A stretch of DNA of 59,749 nt, counting the filler. It is 9 parts of 9 records of this genome, joined end to end, with 100 filler letters (N's around TTAATTAATTAA, not from the genome) between each part and the next. Parts side by side here need not be neighbours in the genome. Positions count along the whole stretch, not along the records: positions 30,182 to 35,794 come from SRR31147125_268836; positions 35,895 to 42,661 come from SRR31147125_268886; 7 more parts are not named here. One strand, given 5' to 3'. A program made the translations under genes and the position numbers. The notes beneath the pieces were generated by a model. That model had not been told where the DNA came from. It made no database searches and saw only the letters and a list, made by a program, of their open reading frames with translations. Below, in pieces: positions 31,696 through 42,761 of this stretch (positions are counted from its first letter, which is position 1; each line of letters opens with the position of its first letter).

Positions 31696-32741
31696 TTAAA
31701 TAATCCAGCCCTTGAAAAGCTTATCGTCAAGCGGCTCCCGGTATGTTTCTCTGCGGCGTTCCCCGTCGACAGTTACGATCCTGCCGCCGACCGGCTTTCC
31801 ATCCGTTTTCTTCGCATACCGGGCAACGAGGCCCATCGCATAGTCAAGATCCGCCCCGCGCGACGCTTCGTCGTCGTAAAGCTCGGTAGCCCTGCGCAGC
31901 AGCGAAACCGGGCCCGGACGCTCCTCGATGCACACCGTGATATCGCCCGGTTCGCGCAGCTCCTCGATCCGGTCGTTCTCTTTCTCGTCCCGGCCGAGAA
32001 TCAGCCAGCCGCCCCCGGGCAGCAAAAACTGGCGGCCGATCAGCATCAGCAGGATGTCGACGACATCCATCGTCTCCTGGGTCACCACGAACGAACCGTC
32101 GTAGACCATCAAGATGCGCCTGCTCAGGATCGGGTCGGCGAGGATGCATCCCCGGCCGGAGCCGGAAAGTCGGAAATACTGAACTCTTTCGCGAGCGCGA
32201 TCTGTCGCGACCGTCCGCGGCCGCTGAAATCGAGCAGCCGCTCCCGATCCACCAGGCCTTCCCGCTCGGCCTCGGTTTCATTCATCAGGCGAGCGCTGAG
32301 GGGTCTGAGCAGACGGCTGCGCGTGCCGGAATCCCGTTCGATCACGTTCAAGGTATCGCGGCGCTGCGACATCGGCCGCTGGCCGAGTACTTCCCCGGTG
32401 ATCAAAAACGACGCGCCATATTCCTCGAGCAGTGCGTCGGCGCGTTCGAGCATGAAGATCTTGCAGTCGATGCACGGGTTGAAGTATTTGCCGAACCCGT
32501 GCGACGGGCTCCGCAGCATCTGCAGGTAATCGTCGCTGATGTCGATAACCGTTGCGTCGATGCCGAATTTTCGCTTCGTCTCCTCCCGGTATGCGGGAAT
32601 GTCCTTGAGGATATCGTAGCCGAAGAATGGACTCACGAATTTCACCGCAATGACCTCGATCCCCTGCTCCATGATCACCCTGGTCGCAAGGATCGAATCC
32701 AGTCCGCCGGAAAAGAGGCTGATCGCCTTTACCCGGCTCAT
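31696..32741 (-). CDS. PP-loop ThiI/MnmA-like tRNA thiolation protein; frameshift at the G-run near 32150
   Basis: 'SGGLDS', 'NPCIDCK' and 'TGEVLGQRPMSQ'; one extra G restores 'PAGGCILADP' and joins ORF 31696-32112. Confidence 0.8.
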
Positions 32742-34422
32742 GCGGCGATCCTCCCTTTGGCGAGCAGCTCACGGGCCCAGGCCTCGGTCTGAGCGCTCGC
32801 CGACTCACCAGCCAGCATGCGGGCCAGTTCCTCGACCCGTTCCTGTTCGGAAAGGGCGCTGACCGTCGTCACCGTCCGTCCGTCGTTGGCCGCCTTCTCC
32901 ACCAGGAAATGGCGGGTACCGCGGGCGGCTATCTGGGGTAGGTGGGTGATGCAGATGACCTGGTGGTGCTCGGCCAGCTCCTTGATCTTGCGGGCCACCG
33001 ACTCGGCCGCTTCGCCGCCGATACCGGAATCCACCTCGTCGAAGATGACGGTCTCCACCATGTCCTTGCGGGCGAGCAGACATTTGAACGCGAGCATCAG
33101 GCGCGAGAGCTCGCCCCCCGACGCGACCTTGGCGAGCGGGCGCGGCGGCTCGCCGGGATTCGGGGCAAAGAACTCGACCCGGTCGAAGCCGACTGGCCGA
33201 AGCAGCGCAATCTTGTCATCTACAGGCTGGAAGCGGACCTCGACCCCGGACTGCTCAAACGACAGAGACCGCAGCTCGCCGGCCATCGACTTCTCCATGT
33301 TACGCGCCGTCCGTTTTCTTGCTGAAGAGAGTTCCTCTGCGATGTCCAACACCTCTTTTTCGAGCCTCTGTCCCAGCTGCCGCTGCTCTTCTATCTGCTG
33401 GTCGAGATTATCGAGGTCTTCGAGTTCGAGCTGCGCACCGGCCAGGTAATTGAGCACATCGGTAAGCGTCTCGCCGTATTTGCGCTTCAGCCCCTGGAGT
33501 TGGTCCAGCCGCGCATTGATCGTATCGAGCCGGGCCGGGTTGTTGTCGAGATTATCGAAGTATGACCGGAGGCGCCCGCTGAAGTCCTCCGCCAGAAACG
33601 AATACGAGCTCAGTTCGTCGGCCAGCTGCTCGATTGCCGGGTCGAGCTGGCGAAGCTGCTCCATATTCTTGCGGACAACGGCCAGGTTCTCGGATATGGA
33701 GCGATTGAGGAGGTCGTGGCTCTCGCGGCTCAACCGGATGAGGGCCTCCCCGTTTTTCAGGCGCTGCCGTTCCACCCCGAGCTGTTCGTCCTCGTCCGGC
33801 TCCGGTGCGATTTCGGTTATTTCACCGATCTGAAAGGTAAGGAAGTCACGCCGCTGTTCACGCTCGCGGTTCTGGTCGAGCAGCCGGGTCAGCCCCTGCT
33901 GAGCATCACGCCACAACTCGTAGCCGCGACGGAGTTCTTCACGCCGTCCCTGGTGATCACCGAGAATATCGAGAAAATCGAGATGCAGCGCAGGCTGCAG
34001 CAGCTGCTGGTGATCATGCTGGCCGGCGATGGAGAGCAGGTGAACGCTGATCTCTGCGACGATCCGGGCGGTGGCCAGTGACCCGTTCACATAAAACCTG
34101 CTGCGTCCGGCAGAATTGATTACCCGTTTACACAGTACCTGATCTGAATCATCGAATCCGCCGTTTCTGAGCAGCTCGTGCAGGACCGTGAACTGTTTAC
34201 CGACCTCGAAGAGGGCTTCGACGGTGCATGTATCGGCACCGCTCCTTATCCAGTCCGCAGCCCCCGTCCCCCGCTGAGCAGACCGATGGCCCGCATCATG
34301 ATCGATTTGCCCGCACCGGTCTCTCCGGTCAGCACGACCAGAGACGCATCGTCGGATCGCTCGAAGCGCAGGTGGAGGGTCTCGATCAGCGCAAGATTCT
34401 CAACTTTTAATTCACGCAGCAT
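32738..34422 (-). CDS. recN: DNA repair protein RecN; frameshift at the G-run near 34261
   Basis: ATG 34422 begins 'MLRELKVENLALIE...LTGETGAGKS'; C-terminal 'ASGGELSRLML', 'FDEVDSGIGG' and 'ITHLPQIAA'. Confidence 0.92.
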
Positions 34423-34536
34423 CGAATCAGCCTGTTCCCTTGAGTATGTTCCCTACTTGTCATAATCCACGGGTATTCACCGTTTCACTCCCCAGAATAA
34501 CCGGCCCGGTATACAAATAACCCATATCGCTGTGAT

Positions 34537-34752
34537 TCAGCCGATCAGGCGCCGGATCTCCCCGTCCTCCGGGAAACGGCCAAGCTTCTTTTTGGAGAAG
34601 ATCAGGCTGCCGTCCACGGTTATTTCATACACTCCGCCAGACGACCCGATCAGCTCCACATCGGCATCGTAGCTTTTCTTCAATTCTGCTTCCAGTCCGG
34701 AAGCGCGTGGTTTATAGTTTCAAGCAGTGCAATATTCGATCGAAATTTTCAT
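34537..34752 (-). CDS. SelT/SelW/SelH (Rdx family) selenoprotein, CxxU, 71 aa
   Basis: MKISIEYCTA-U(TGA 34720-34722)-NYKPRASGLEAELKKSYDADVELIGSSGGVYEITVDGSLIFSKKKLGRFPEDGEIRRLIG; the family pattern continues on both sides of the TGA. Confidence 0.9.
34688..34704 (-). promoter_or_regulatory. Candidate bacterial SECIS hairpin
   Basis: GCUUCC-GGACU-GGAAGC starts 15 nt after the UGA and has G at the start of the loop. Confidence 0.7.
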
Positions 34753-34862
34753 CACGGTTTTCTCGTCTCTGTTGCAATTATCGGTGCCGGTTGCTTTCGA
34801 CAACCTCCATTATTATAAAAACCTTAATGAGAATAGCCAGGAGAAACGGACCGTTTATCGAT

Positions 34863-35794
34863 ATGCATGATTCAATTGAGCAGAGCCCGGAATTTGTCGT
34901 ATCCGGCGAACTGAACCGACTGGAGGACCTGCGGCTTTCGCCAGCCGCCGTGCGCAGCGGCCAGGCGACCCGGCGCATGGAGGAGACACGAACCGGCTAC
35001 CGTCAGGGCTTCGCCCACGATGCAGACCGCATTCTCCACTCGCGTGCGTACGCACGCTACATCGACAAGACCCAGGTATTCTGTCTGGTCAGAAACGATC
35101 ATATCACCCACCGGGTGCTGCACGTGCAGCTGGTTGCCCGAATCGCCCGGACAATCGGGCGTTTTCTCTTCCTCAACGAAGACCTGATCGAGGCCATCAG
35201 TCTCGGCCACGATATCGGCCATGCACCGTTCGGCCACGGCGGCGAGGCCTTTTTATCTCAGCTCTGCAGGGAGCACGGGCTGCCCGGGTTCCAGCACAAC
35301 ATCCAGTCGCTGCGGGCTCTGGAAAAACTCGAACGCAAAGGGAGGGGCTGGAATCTCACCCTGCAGACCCTGGACGGCATCCTCTGTCATGACGGAGAAA
35401 CCCATGCGACAACGATCAGCCCGGCACCCCTGAACGGATTCAACGAGCTCGATCTCAAGGTCGAGCTCAAGTCGGCGAACCCCGGTCTGGATCTCCAACC
35501 GATGACACTGGAGGGATGCGTCGTGCGTATGGCTGACACCATCGCTTACATCGGACGGGACATCGAGGATGCGATCATTCTCGGGCTGATCAGGCGCGAA
35601 GACATTCCACCCCGCTGCGTGTCCCTGCTCGGCAAAACCAACGGATCGATCGTGTACTCACTCGTTACCGACCTGATCAGGAACAGCCGCGTGGCAGCAC
35701 CCGGGTCCGGCCCGCCTGACCCGCCTGACATCGCCGGCTCAATCGGATTCAGCTCCGAGATTTCCTCGGCCCTGCGGGAGCTGAAGAATTCAAC
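34863..35794 (+). CDS. HD-domain dGTP triphosphohydrolase-like protein (3' partial)
   Basis: 'DADRILHS..Y..DKTQVF', 'HRVLHVQLV', 'LGHDIGHAPFGHGGE' and 'ADTIAY..RDIEDA'; start uncertain. Confidence 0.85.
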
Positions 35795-35894
35795 NNNNNN
35801 NNNNNNNNNNNNNNNNNNNNNNNNNNNNNNNNNNNNNNTTAATTAATTAANNNNNNNNNNNNNNNNNNNNNNNNNNNNNNNNNNNNNNNNNNNN

Positions 35895-36731
35895 CCTCCC
35901 CCGTCGGTCACGGGCACCGGGATCGGCGCCCCTCTGGAGGAACAGGGAAACCATGGACGCGTGGCCATGCCAGGCCGCCGCCATCAGGGGGGTGACGCCT
36001 CGCTCGTCGGCCATATTCACATCCACCTGCTTGTCCAGAGCGTCCCGGGCGGTGCGCCAGTCATTGTTCCTGGCAGAACGATGGAGAACCATGGCACCGC
36101 CGCCGGCGACGGCATCCCAATCCGGCGAATCGGCCGAGTCCCGCATGTCGCCCATCGCTTGCCAGATGCCGGCGTCCAGAGGAACCCGAACCACCGGCAG
36201 ATTCAGGGGATCATAGGAACCGCTGCCGGCGGATATCATCCTTCCGGGATCGGCACCGGCGCTGAACAGCCGGCGGGCCATGGCGAAGTCGCCGCGATTG
36301 ACCGCAATCGACAGAGCTGATACCGGCATCGCCGGATCGGCGGATTCCGAGAGGCGGTAATCGCTGACCACATTCGGATCCGCTCCGGAAGCCAGGAGCT
36401 TCAGGACCATATCTTCCCGGGCTGCGGCGACGGCGATCATCAGCGGGGTACGGCCGTTCATGCCCGGAAGGTTCGGATCAACAGTGGTGTCAAGCATCCG
36501 GGCCAGGAGGTCGGTCCTGCCGGATTCCACGGCGTAGCAGAGGGGTGTCTGTCCACTGGCGTCCGGCTGATCGGGGTCCGCTCCGCGGTTGATCAGGCTG
36601 TCCATCTCACGCAGGTCGCCGATGGCGGCGGCATCAGCGAGGGCCCCGGGAGCCGGGAGCCTCTGGGCCTGGAGTAATGCCGGAACGACGGCGAGGAGGA
36701 GCAGCACGAAAGCAGCGGACGTGGATTTCAT
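35895..36731 (-). CDS. Secreted ankyrin-repeat protein (3' partial)
   Basis: Signal peptide; repeats 'GQTPLCYA', 'GRTPLMIA' and 'GVTPLMAAA..GH'. Confidence 0.85.
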
Positions 36732-36778
36732 CTCATTGATTATCGGCATCCGACGCCATAAACGCTATACTGTTTCCT

Positions 36779-37797
36779 ATGACTATCAGCAGCCGACCTT
36801 TCGGCACCGCCCCGGACGGGAGTGCCGCCACGCTATGGACAATAGAGAACGAAAAGGGCCTGAGCCTGTCGCTTACCGACTGGGGGGCCGCCATTGTTTC
36901 GGTGATGCAGCCGGACCGGAACGGCGAGAGAGCGAATGTCGTTCTCGGTTTCGATGATGCCTCCGGCTACATCAGTGAAGCAGGTTATCTGGGAGCCACC
37001 TGCGGCCGCTTCGCCAACAGGATCGCCCTGGGCCGGTTCAGCCTGGAAGGAACAGACTACGAGCTTGGCTGCAACGACGGCGAGAACCATCTCCACGGCG
37101 GGATGACCGGCTACGATTCCCGGATCTGGAACGCCGCTCCCTATTCCGAAGGCGACCGGACCGGGGTGGTGTTCACCCTCGAAAGCCCGGATGGAGAGGA
37201 AGGTTACCCCGGGAATCTGAATCTCCGTGCCGACTACGCCCTGGATGAGGAAAACCGGCTCACCATGGGTTTCATGGCCGATACCGATGCTCCGACGGTG
37301 GTGAATATCACCAACCATGCCTACTGGAATCTGGCCGGCGCGGGATCCGGCGACATACTGAAGCAGAATCTGGAACTCTTCTGCTCGTCTTACCTCCCGG
37401 TTGACGACGGCACCATACCCACCGGCGAGATGAAAGATGTGGCCGGCGGTCCCTTCGATTTCAGGAAGATGAAAAGCATCGGCCGGGACATCGGTGATAC
37501 GGGCGCCGGTTACGACCACTGCCTGCTTGTGGATGGAGAACCCGGAACACTGAGGCCGGCGGCCAGGGCCGAGGACCCAGTCAGCGGCCGGAGCATTGAG
37601 CTGCATACCGACAGGCCGGGGTTCAATTCTATTCGGGAAATTCCCTTGCCGGAAATCCCTTCCCGGCGAGAACGGGTTTCTGTCTGGAGCCCCAGGACCT
37701 TCCGGACGCGCCGAACAGGCCGTCGTTCCCGTCAACGGTTCTGAAACCCGGTGACACCTATCATCACCGTTCGCTGGTGGTATTCTCCGCGGACTGA
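36779..37797 (+). CDS. galM: Aldose 1-epimerase; frameshift at the G-run near 37618-37621
   Basis: 'GRFANRI', 'HLHGG', 'TNHAYWNL' and 'GYDH'; one extra G restores 'PGVQFYSGN...GFCLEPQ..PDAPN'. Confidence 0.9.
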
Positions 37798-39593
37798 ATG
37801 TCGCAGTCACCGTAGGGAAAGGCGATTTTAAAGGAGCATCCCTCACCGGGCCGGCTTTCCAGCCAGGCCCGGCCGCCGTGTTTGAGGGCGATGTGCTTCA
37901 CGATGGCCAGGCCCAGTCCGGTTCCGCCCATCTCCCGGCTCCTCGCCTTGTCCACCCTGTGGAAACGTTCGAAGACCCGGGAGTGTTCGCTTTCCGGCAG
38001 TCCGGGGCCCTCGTCCTTCACTTCCAATACCACTTCATCCTCACCGGCCGCCGCCCGAAGCTGAACACGGGTGCCTTCAGGACTGTATTTGATAGCGTTG
38101 TCCAGGAGGTTCACCATGGCCTGTTCGGCGAGAATGGGATAGACACAGCAGCGAAGGTCGGTCGGAACGTCCACCTCTACGGAAATCCGACGGGATTCGG
38201 CTTTGAAGGCCAGGGTTTCCACGGCACCTTCGAAGAGTGTGGCGACATCCATGGATTCCCTGGGAAGAACGTTGTCTCCTTCTTCAAGACGGGAAAGGGC
38301 CATCAGGTCGCCGATGATGTGCTCAAGCCTGACTGTCTGCTTGTGGACGATGTCCAGGAAACTGTTCTGCCTGTCCCGGTCCAGGTCCGGCGCCTGCATG
38401 AGGGTTTCCACGAATCCGAGAATTGAGGTGATAGGGGTGCGCAGCTCGTGGGAGACATTGGCGACGAAATCCTTGCGCATCATCTCCAGCCGGGTGATCC
38501 GCGAAACGTCATTCATCACCAGCAGGCATCCGGCCCGCTCCTCGCCTTCCCTGCGGATGACTGTGGCGTTCACCTGCAGATACACAGGTTCTCCGGGTCG
38601 CTCGAGACGCACCAGCACCTGGTTTCCTGGGTCATTATCTGCGGTATGGTGGTCGACACTACCGGATTCGATAAGATTCCGGGCCAGGTCGTAGAGCTCC
38701 GGGCTCCGGAACACCTGGAGAAGGCCACGGCCGAAACAATCGTCGGGATCCTCCACGAGTTCCAGAGCGGCGGGGTTGATTTCCCGGATATCCAGGGCTG
38801 CGTCGGTCAGCACCACCGGCGCCGTCATGCCTTCCAGCATGGACTGCAGTTCTTTCTGCCTCAGCTCCAGCGCCAGGATCGTGTCCTGCAGCTGCCGGCC
38901 CATGCGATTCATGGTACGGGACAGGTCTTCGGCCTCCTGGAAGCCCGTGATAGCCAGCGCCCGGGAAAAATCGCCGGTGGCGTACTGATCGGCCACCTCC
39001 CGGACACTGTTGACCAGACGGCTCACCCGCCGGGCAGCCATGATGCTCACGGCGACGGAAAGAGCGATCAGCATGATGGCGAAGAAGATCAGTGCTCGAA
39101 TCGATCGGTCCAGCCCTTCCTGCAGGCCTTCCACGGTCCGGGCGACCCGGAACACGAGATTGAGGGATTCGTCGTACCAGGCGGCATAGATGAGCGGTAC
39201 GCCGCCCAGTGTATCGCTCTGCCGGGTGGAATATCCCTGGCCTTCGGACAGTGCCTGCCGGATTTCAGGACGAGAGATATGGTTGTCCATCACCGACGGA
39301 GATTCGTGGGTATCGCCGAGGACGGCACCGTCGGGATTGATGATGGTGGTCCGGAAACCGAGGGTTTCCGGAATGATGTCAAGGAACTCCTCTATATCGT
39401 CCAGATTGTCCGGATCGGCGGAACTGAAGAACGCGGCCAGGGTGCGGGCGAGCTCCATCTGCCGTTGCACCGCATCAGCCTGGGCATAGGAACGGAGGGA
39501 CTGGACGCCGAAATACCCGATGGAGAGAATGGTGACACCGAGAAGGAACATCAGCGTCGATAGGAGCTGAACGAATACGGACTGGCGTCTCAC
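37764..39593 (-). CDS. phoR: PhoR-like sensor histidine kinase (Cache-HAMP-PAS-HisKA-HATPase)
   Basis: 'MDNHISRPEI', 'DFVANVSHELRTP' and 'FERFHRVDKARSREMGGTGLGLAIVKH'. Confidence 0.85.
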   Translation of the reverse strand: MRRQSVFVQLLSTLMFLLGVTILSIGYFGVQSLRSYAQADAVQRQMELARTLAAFFSSADPDNLDDIEEFLDIIPETLGFRTTIINPDGAVLGDTHESPSVMDNHISRPEIRQALSEGQGYSTRQSDTLGGVPLIYAAWYDESLNLVFRVARTVEGLQEGLDRSIRALIFFAIMLIALSVAVSIMAARRVSRLVNSVREVADQYATGDFSRALAITGFQEAEDLSRTMNRMGRQLQDTILALELRQKELQSMLEGMTAPVVLTDAALDIREINPAALELVEDPDDCFGRGLLQVFRSPELYDLARNLIESGSVDHHTADNDPGNQVLVRLERPGEPVYLQVNATVIRREGEERAGCLLVMNDVSRITRLEMMRKDFVANVSHELRTPITSILGFVETLMQAPDLDRDRQNSFLDIVHKQTVRLEHIIGDLMALSRLEEGDNVLPRESMDVATLFEGAVETLAFKAESRRISVEVDVPTDLRCCVYPILAEQAMVNLLDNAIKYSPEGTRVQLRAAAGEDEVVLEVKDEGPGLPESEHSRVFERFHRVDKARSREMGGTGLGLAIVKHIALKHGGRAWLESRPGEGCSFKIAFPYGDCDIQSAENTTSER

Positions 39594-39603
39594 CTGCCTG
39601 AAT

Positions 39604-40299
39604 CTACTCCCCTCTCATGCGGTAGCCGACACCGCGGACCGTTTCCACCTGGTCTCCCCTGGCACCGAGTTTCTTCCGGATGCCCAGAATCTGCACGTCC
39701 ACAGACCGGGCGGTAACCGGATAGTCCTCGCCTTTGACGGCATCGATGATCTGATGGCGGGAGAATACCCAGCCGGGATTTTCAGCCAGGAAGCGGAGTA
39801 TGGCGAACTCGGTGGCCGAGAAGCCAACCGATTCGCCTTCCACCAGTACCTCATGCCGGGCGGAATCAATGGTGATGCCGTGGATTTCCACCAGTCGGTT
39901 GCTGGTGGTTTCCCGGGCCAGTCCGTTGCGCCGGAGCAGGGCCTTCACCCTGGCCACCAGGACCCGCGGACTGAAGGGTTTGGTGATGTAGTCGTCGGCC
40001 CCGGCTTCGAATCCGGTCACCTGGTCATCTTCCTCCGTCCGGGCGGTCAGCATCATTATCGGGGTCTTTCTTGTGGCCGTTTCGGTCCGCAACTGACGGC
40101 ATACTTTCAGACCGTCGGTTCCGGGCAGCATGATGTCCAGTAGTATCAGGTCCGGCTGATGACGGCGTGCCAGGGTCATCCCCTCTTCGCCGTCCGCTGC
40201 CTTGATAATCTCATAACCGCTCATTTCCAGGTTGAAGGAAATGAGTTCTCTGATATCCGCTTCATCCTCGACGATGAGGAGGGTTTCTTTCTTCACCAT
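39604..40299 (-). CDS. phoB: PhoB/OmpR-family response regulator
   Basis: Receiver 'LLDIMLPG..G' and 'ADDYITKPFS', winged HTH 'TVRGVGY'; adjacent to the PhoR-like kinase. Confidence 0.82.
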   Translation of the reverse strand: MVKKETLLIVEDEADIRELISFNLEMSGYEIIKAADGEEGMTLARRHQPDLILLDIMLPGTDGLKVCRQLRTETATRKTPIMMLTARTEEDDQVTGFEAGADDYITKPFSPRVLVARVKALLRRNGLARETTSNRLVEIHGITIDSARHEVLVEGESVGFSATEFAILRFLAENPGWVFSRHQIIDAVKGEDYPVTARSVDVQILGIRKKLGARGDQVETVRGVGYRMRGE

Positions 40300-40322
40300 G
40301 GAGAGGCCCCCTGTTCACCGCC

Positions 40323-40377
40323 AGAGTGTGAGGTTTCGGTCATGTTTATATTAGCTGTTTGTTAATTTATGATGAAG
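40323..40377 (-). promoter_or_regulatory. Candidate Pho-box array (five degenerate 11-bp units)
   Basis: Minus strand CTTCATCATAA / ATTAACAAACA / GCTAATATAAA / CATGACCGAAA / CCTCACACTCT, directly upstream of phoB. Confidence 0.4.
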
Positions 40378-40393
40378 ACTCCATCCTCCAACC

Positions 40394-42624
40394 CTACACA
40401 GTGAAGCGCCGCACCTCTCCGTCCAGGGCATCCATGGCTTCCGAGTTCCGGGAACCGAGACCGATAATCGCGTGGATCGATGTGCTGATCTCTTCCATCG
40501 CTCCCCGGATTTCTTCGATGCCCTCATGGGTCTGCCTGGAAAGATCGGATACCTGATTCAGGGCTCCCCGGCTGTCGGCCGACTGGGACTCGATCTTCAC
40601 TGCCGAGTCACGGACCTCATGGCTGGCGGTGCTCAAGTGATCGAGAGCTTCGGTAATCTGTTCGGTTCCACGGCCCAGCTCTTCAAGGGCGTTGAGGATT
40701 TCCTTCAGAGTGGCCGCGACATCGGAACTGCCGCTGACGATTTCCTTGATGGATTCACCGGTTTGCCTCGACCGTTCCGACGTCGTCCGGATCTTGCCGA
40801 TGATGTTGGACACGGATTCGGATATCCGTTTCGCGTTCGAACCGGTGGATTCGGCCAGCTTGCGGATCTCGTCTGCCACGACCGCGAAGCCTCGGCCGGC
40901 GTCACCGGCGTGGGCGGCCTCGATGGCGGCATTCATCGCCAGCAGGTTGATGCGCGACGAGATGCCGTCGATGACGGTCACCACATCATAGATGGAGTCC
41001 GCAGATGCGGAGATCTCGTCGATATCCGTCAGGGTGGTGCCCATCTGTTCTTCGCCCTTGCCGGCCATCTCGGCCAGAAGCTCGGCCATGCTGGACCGTT
41101 CAGACGCCAGGCGCGAGATACTCCGGATGGAGGCCACCATCTCTTCCACTGCCGCGGAGGATTCTTCCACGGCGGAGGTTTCTTCTTCAGTCTGGCGATT
41201 TACGCTTTCCAGGTTCCGACCGATCTCCTGCAGAGATTCATCAGTATTGCCGGCCAAGTCGGAAAGCGTGGCCGACTGCTGGTCGATGGAAAGCACCGTC
41301 GCCTGTATCTGCTCCAGCGACGCGGAAATCTCCTCCACATTGGCCGCCAGGGTTTCGGCCACTTCCCGGCCCTGGCCGGTGGATTCCTGAACGTGCTGCA
41401 CAATCTCACGGAGGGAACCGGTAAAAGCATTGAAGCTGTCGGCCAGCTGCCCCACTTCGTCCTGTGTCTTAATGGTGATTTTCTGGGTCAGGTCTGCATC
41501 CCCTTCGGCGATGTCCTTGAGGCGATTGTTGGTCACCTTCAGATTCTTCATGAGCATGTTCATGGTCAGCAGAGTGACTCCCGCCACTATAATGGCAGAG
41601 ATGAAGCCGATGAGCAGGTTGGTATTGCGCGATTTGATGACAGATGCCTGAAGTTCCACGTCGTACGTGGAAAAGGCGATCAGCCAATCGAGGTCCTCGT
41701 AGAGACGTACGTACCCTCGTTTGAGGAACGGTTTCTCCGGATCTTCACCGGGTTTGGAAAACCAGTAATCGGTCACTCCGTTGCCGACGGCGAAGAGCTT
41801 CGCCGTCAGATCCTCGCCCGTCTTCAGGTCCTGGAGGGAAGCGATCTGTCCGACAAGATCAGGATTGATATGGGCTATCAGCATACTGTCCCGGGTGAGG
41901 ATGAAGGGATAGGAGTTGAGGAAGGAATCCCGGTACAGTATTTCATTCAGATTTCGTATCTGTTCGATTTCCCATTCGGCCACCAATTCGTCGATATCGT
42001 GGATGTAGGTGCCGGTACCGGCTATCCATCCCCAGGGTGCGAAACGGCGGGAAGTGCCCATCTTTGGCATGGGCTCGGTGCCACCGGGCAGCGGATACCA
42101 GTAGGTAAGTTCAAAATCCTCTCCCCTTGGGCACCATTCACGAACTCCTGGATGATGAGCTGCCCCTGGCGATCCTCCAGGTCTCCCCTGTAGTTGCCTT
42201 CTGTTGCGGTATTCGGAGGATTGAGCACATTGATGATATCATCGTTATCAATCCAGAAGTAGTTGCCGTCGTCGTAACGCAGCAGGCGGATCGCCTCCCT
42301 GGCCTGGGCCTGGGCCGCGGCGCGGCTCAGCTCTCCACTGACCTCCCGGGAGTAATATTCCTCGAATATCTCGGTAGTCATATCCAGCAGGCTCGCCTGG
42401 GAATCCCTGGTGCGTTCCAGCATCTGCTCCCGCAGTCGATGGGAGGCTTCAGCGAATTCCTCCACCTGGTTATAGATCTGGTTCACATACAGGGTGGAGA
42501 AGCTGGAGAAATCACTCTCAATTTTGTCTCTGGTATTCACATTCATCCGCCAGGTTATGAATGCTATCGTGAGCAGGAACACGATCATTACGGGAAAGAA
42601 CAGTTTCCACTGTATGGATTTCAT
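40394..42624 (-). CDS. Methyl-accepting chemotaxis protein with Cache sensor domains; frameshift near 42120-42130
   Basis: '[11 protein letters not shown]', '[10 protein letters not shown]', HAMP and '[34 protein letters not shown]'; AGGAGG RBS. Confidence 0.9.
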
Positions 42625-42761
42625 GCCATACCTCCTGGAGTGTACGTATTATAAATATTAGNNNNNNNNNNNNNNNNNNNNNNNNNNNNNNNNNNNNNNN
42701 NNNNNTTAATTAATTAANNNNNNNNNNNNNNNNNNNNNNNNNNNNNNNNNNNNNNNNNNNN

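Noticed and set aside
31674-31699. Short CTTAAGG(G)TTC-type repeats after the ThiI-like gene
   Set aside because: Too short and irregular, with no spacers; not a CRISPR array or a supportable operator.
34707-34862. Long N-terminal extension of the HD-protein ORF
   Set aside because: It overlaps the divergent selenoprotein gene and its promoter; the real start is later.
40472-42193. 573-aa antisense ORF over the MCP, and similar long shadow ORFs over recD2, phoR, galM and the MFS gene
   Set aside because: Expected from GC-rich codon bias on the opposite strand; no motifs.
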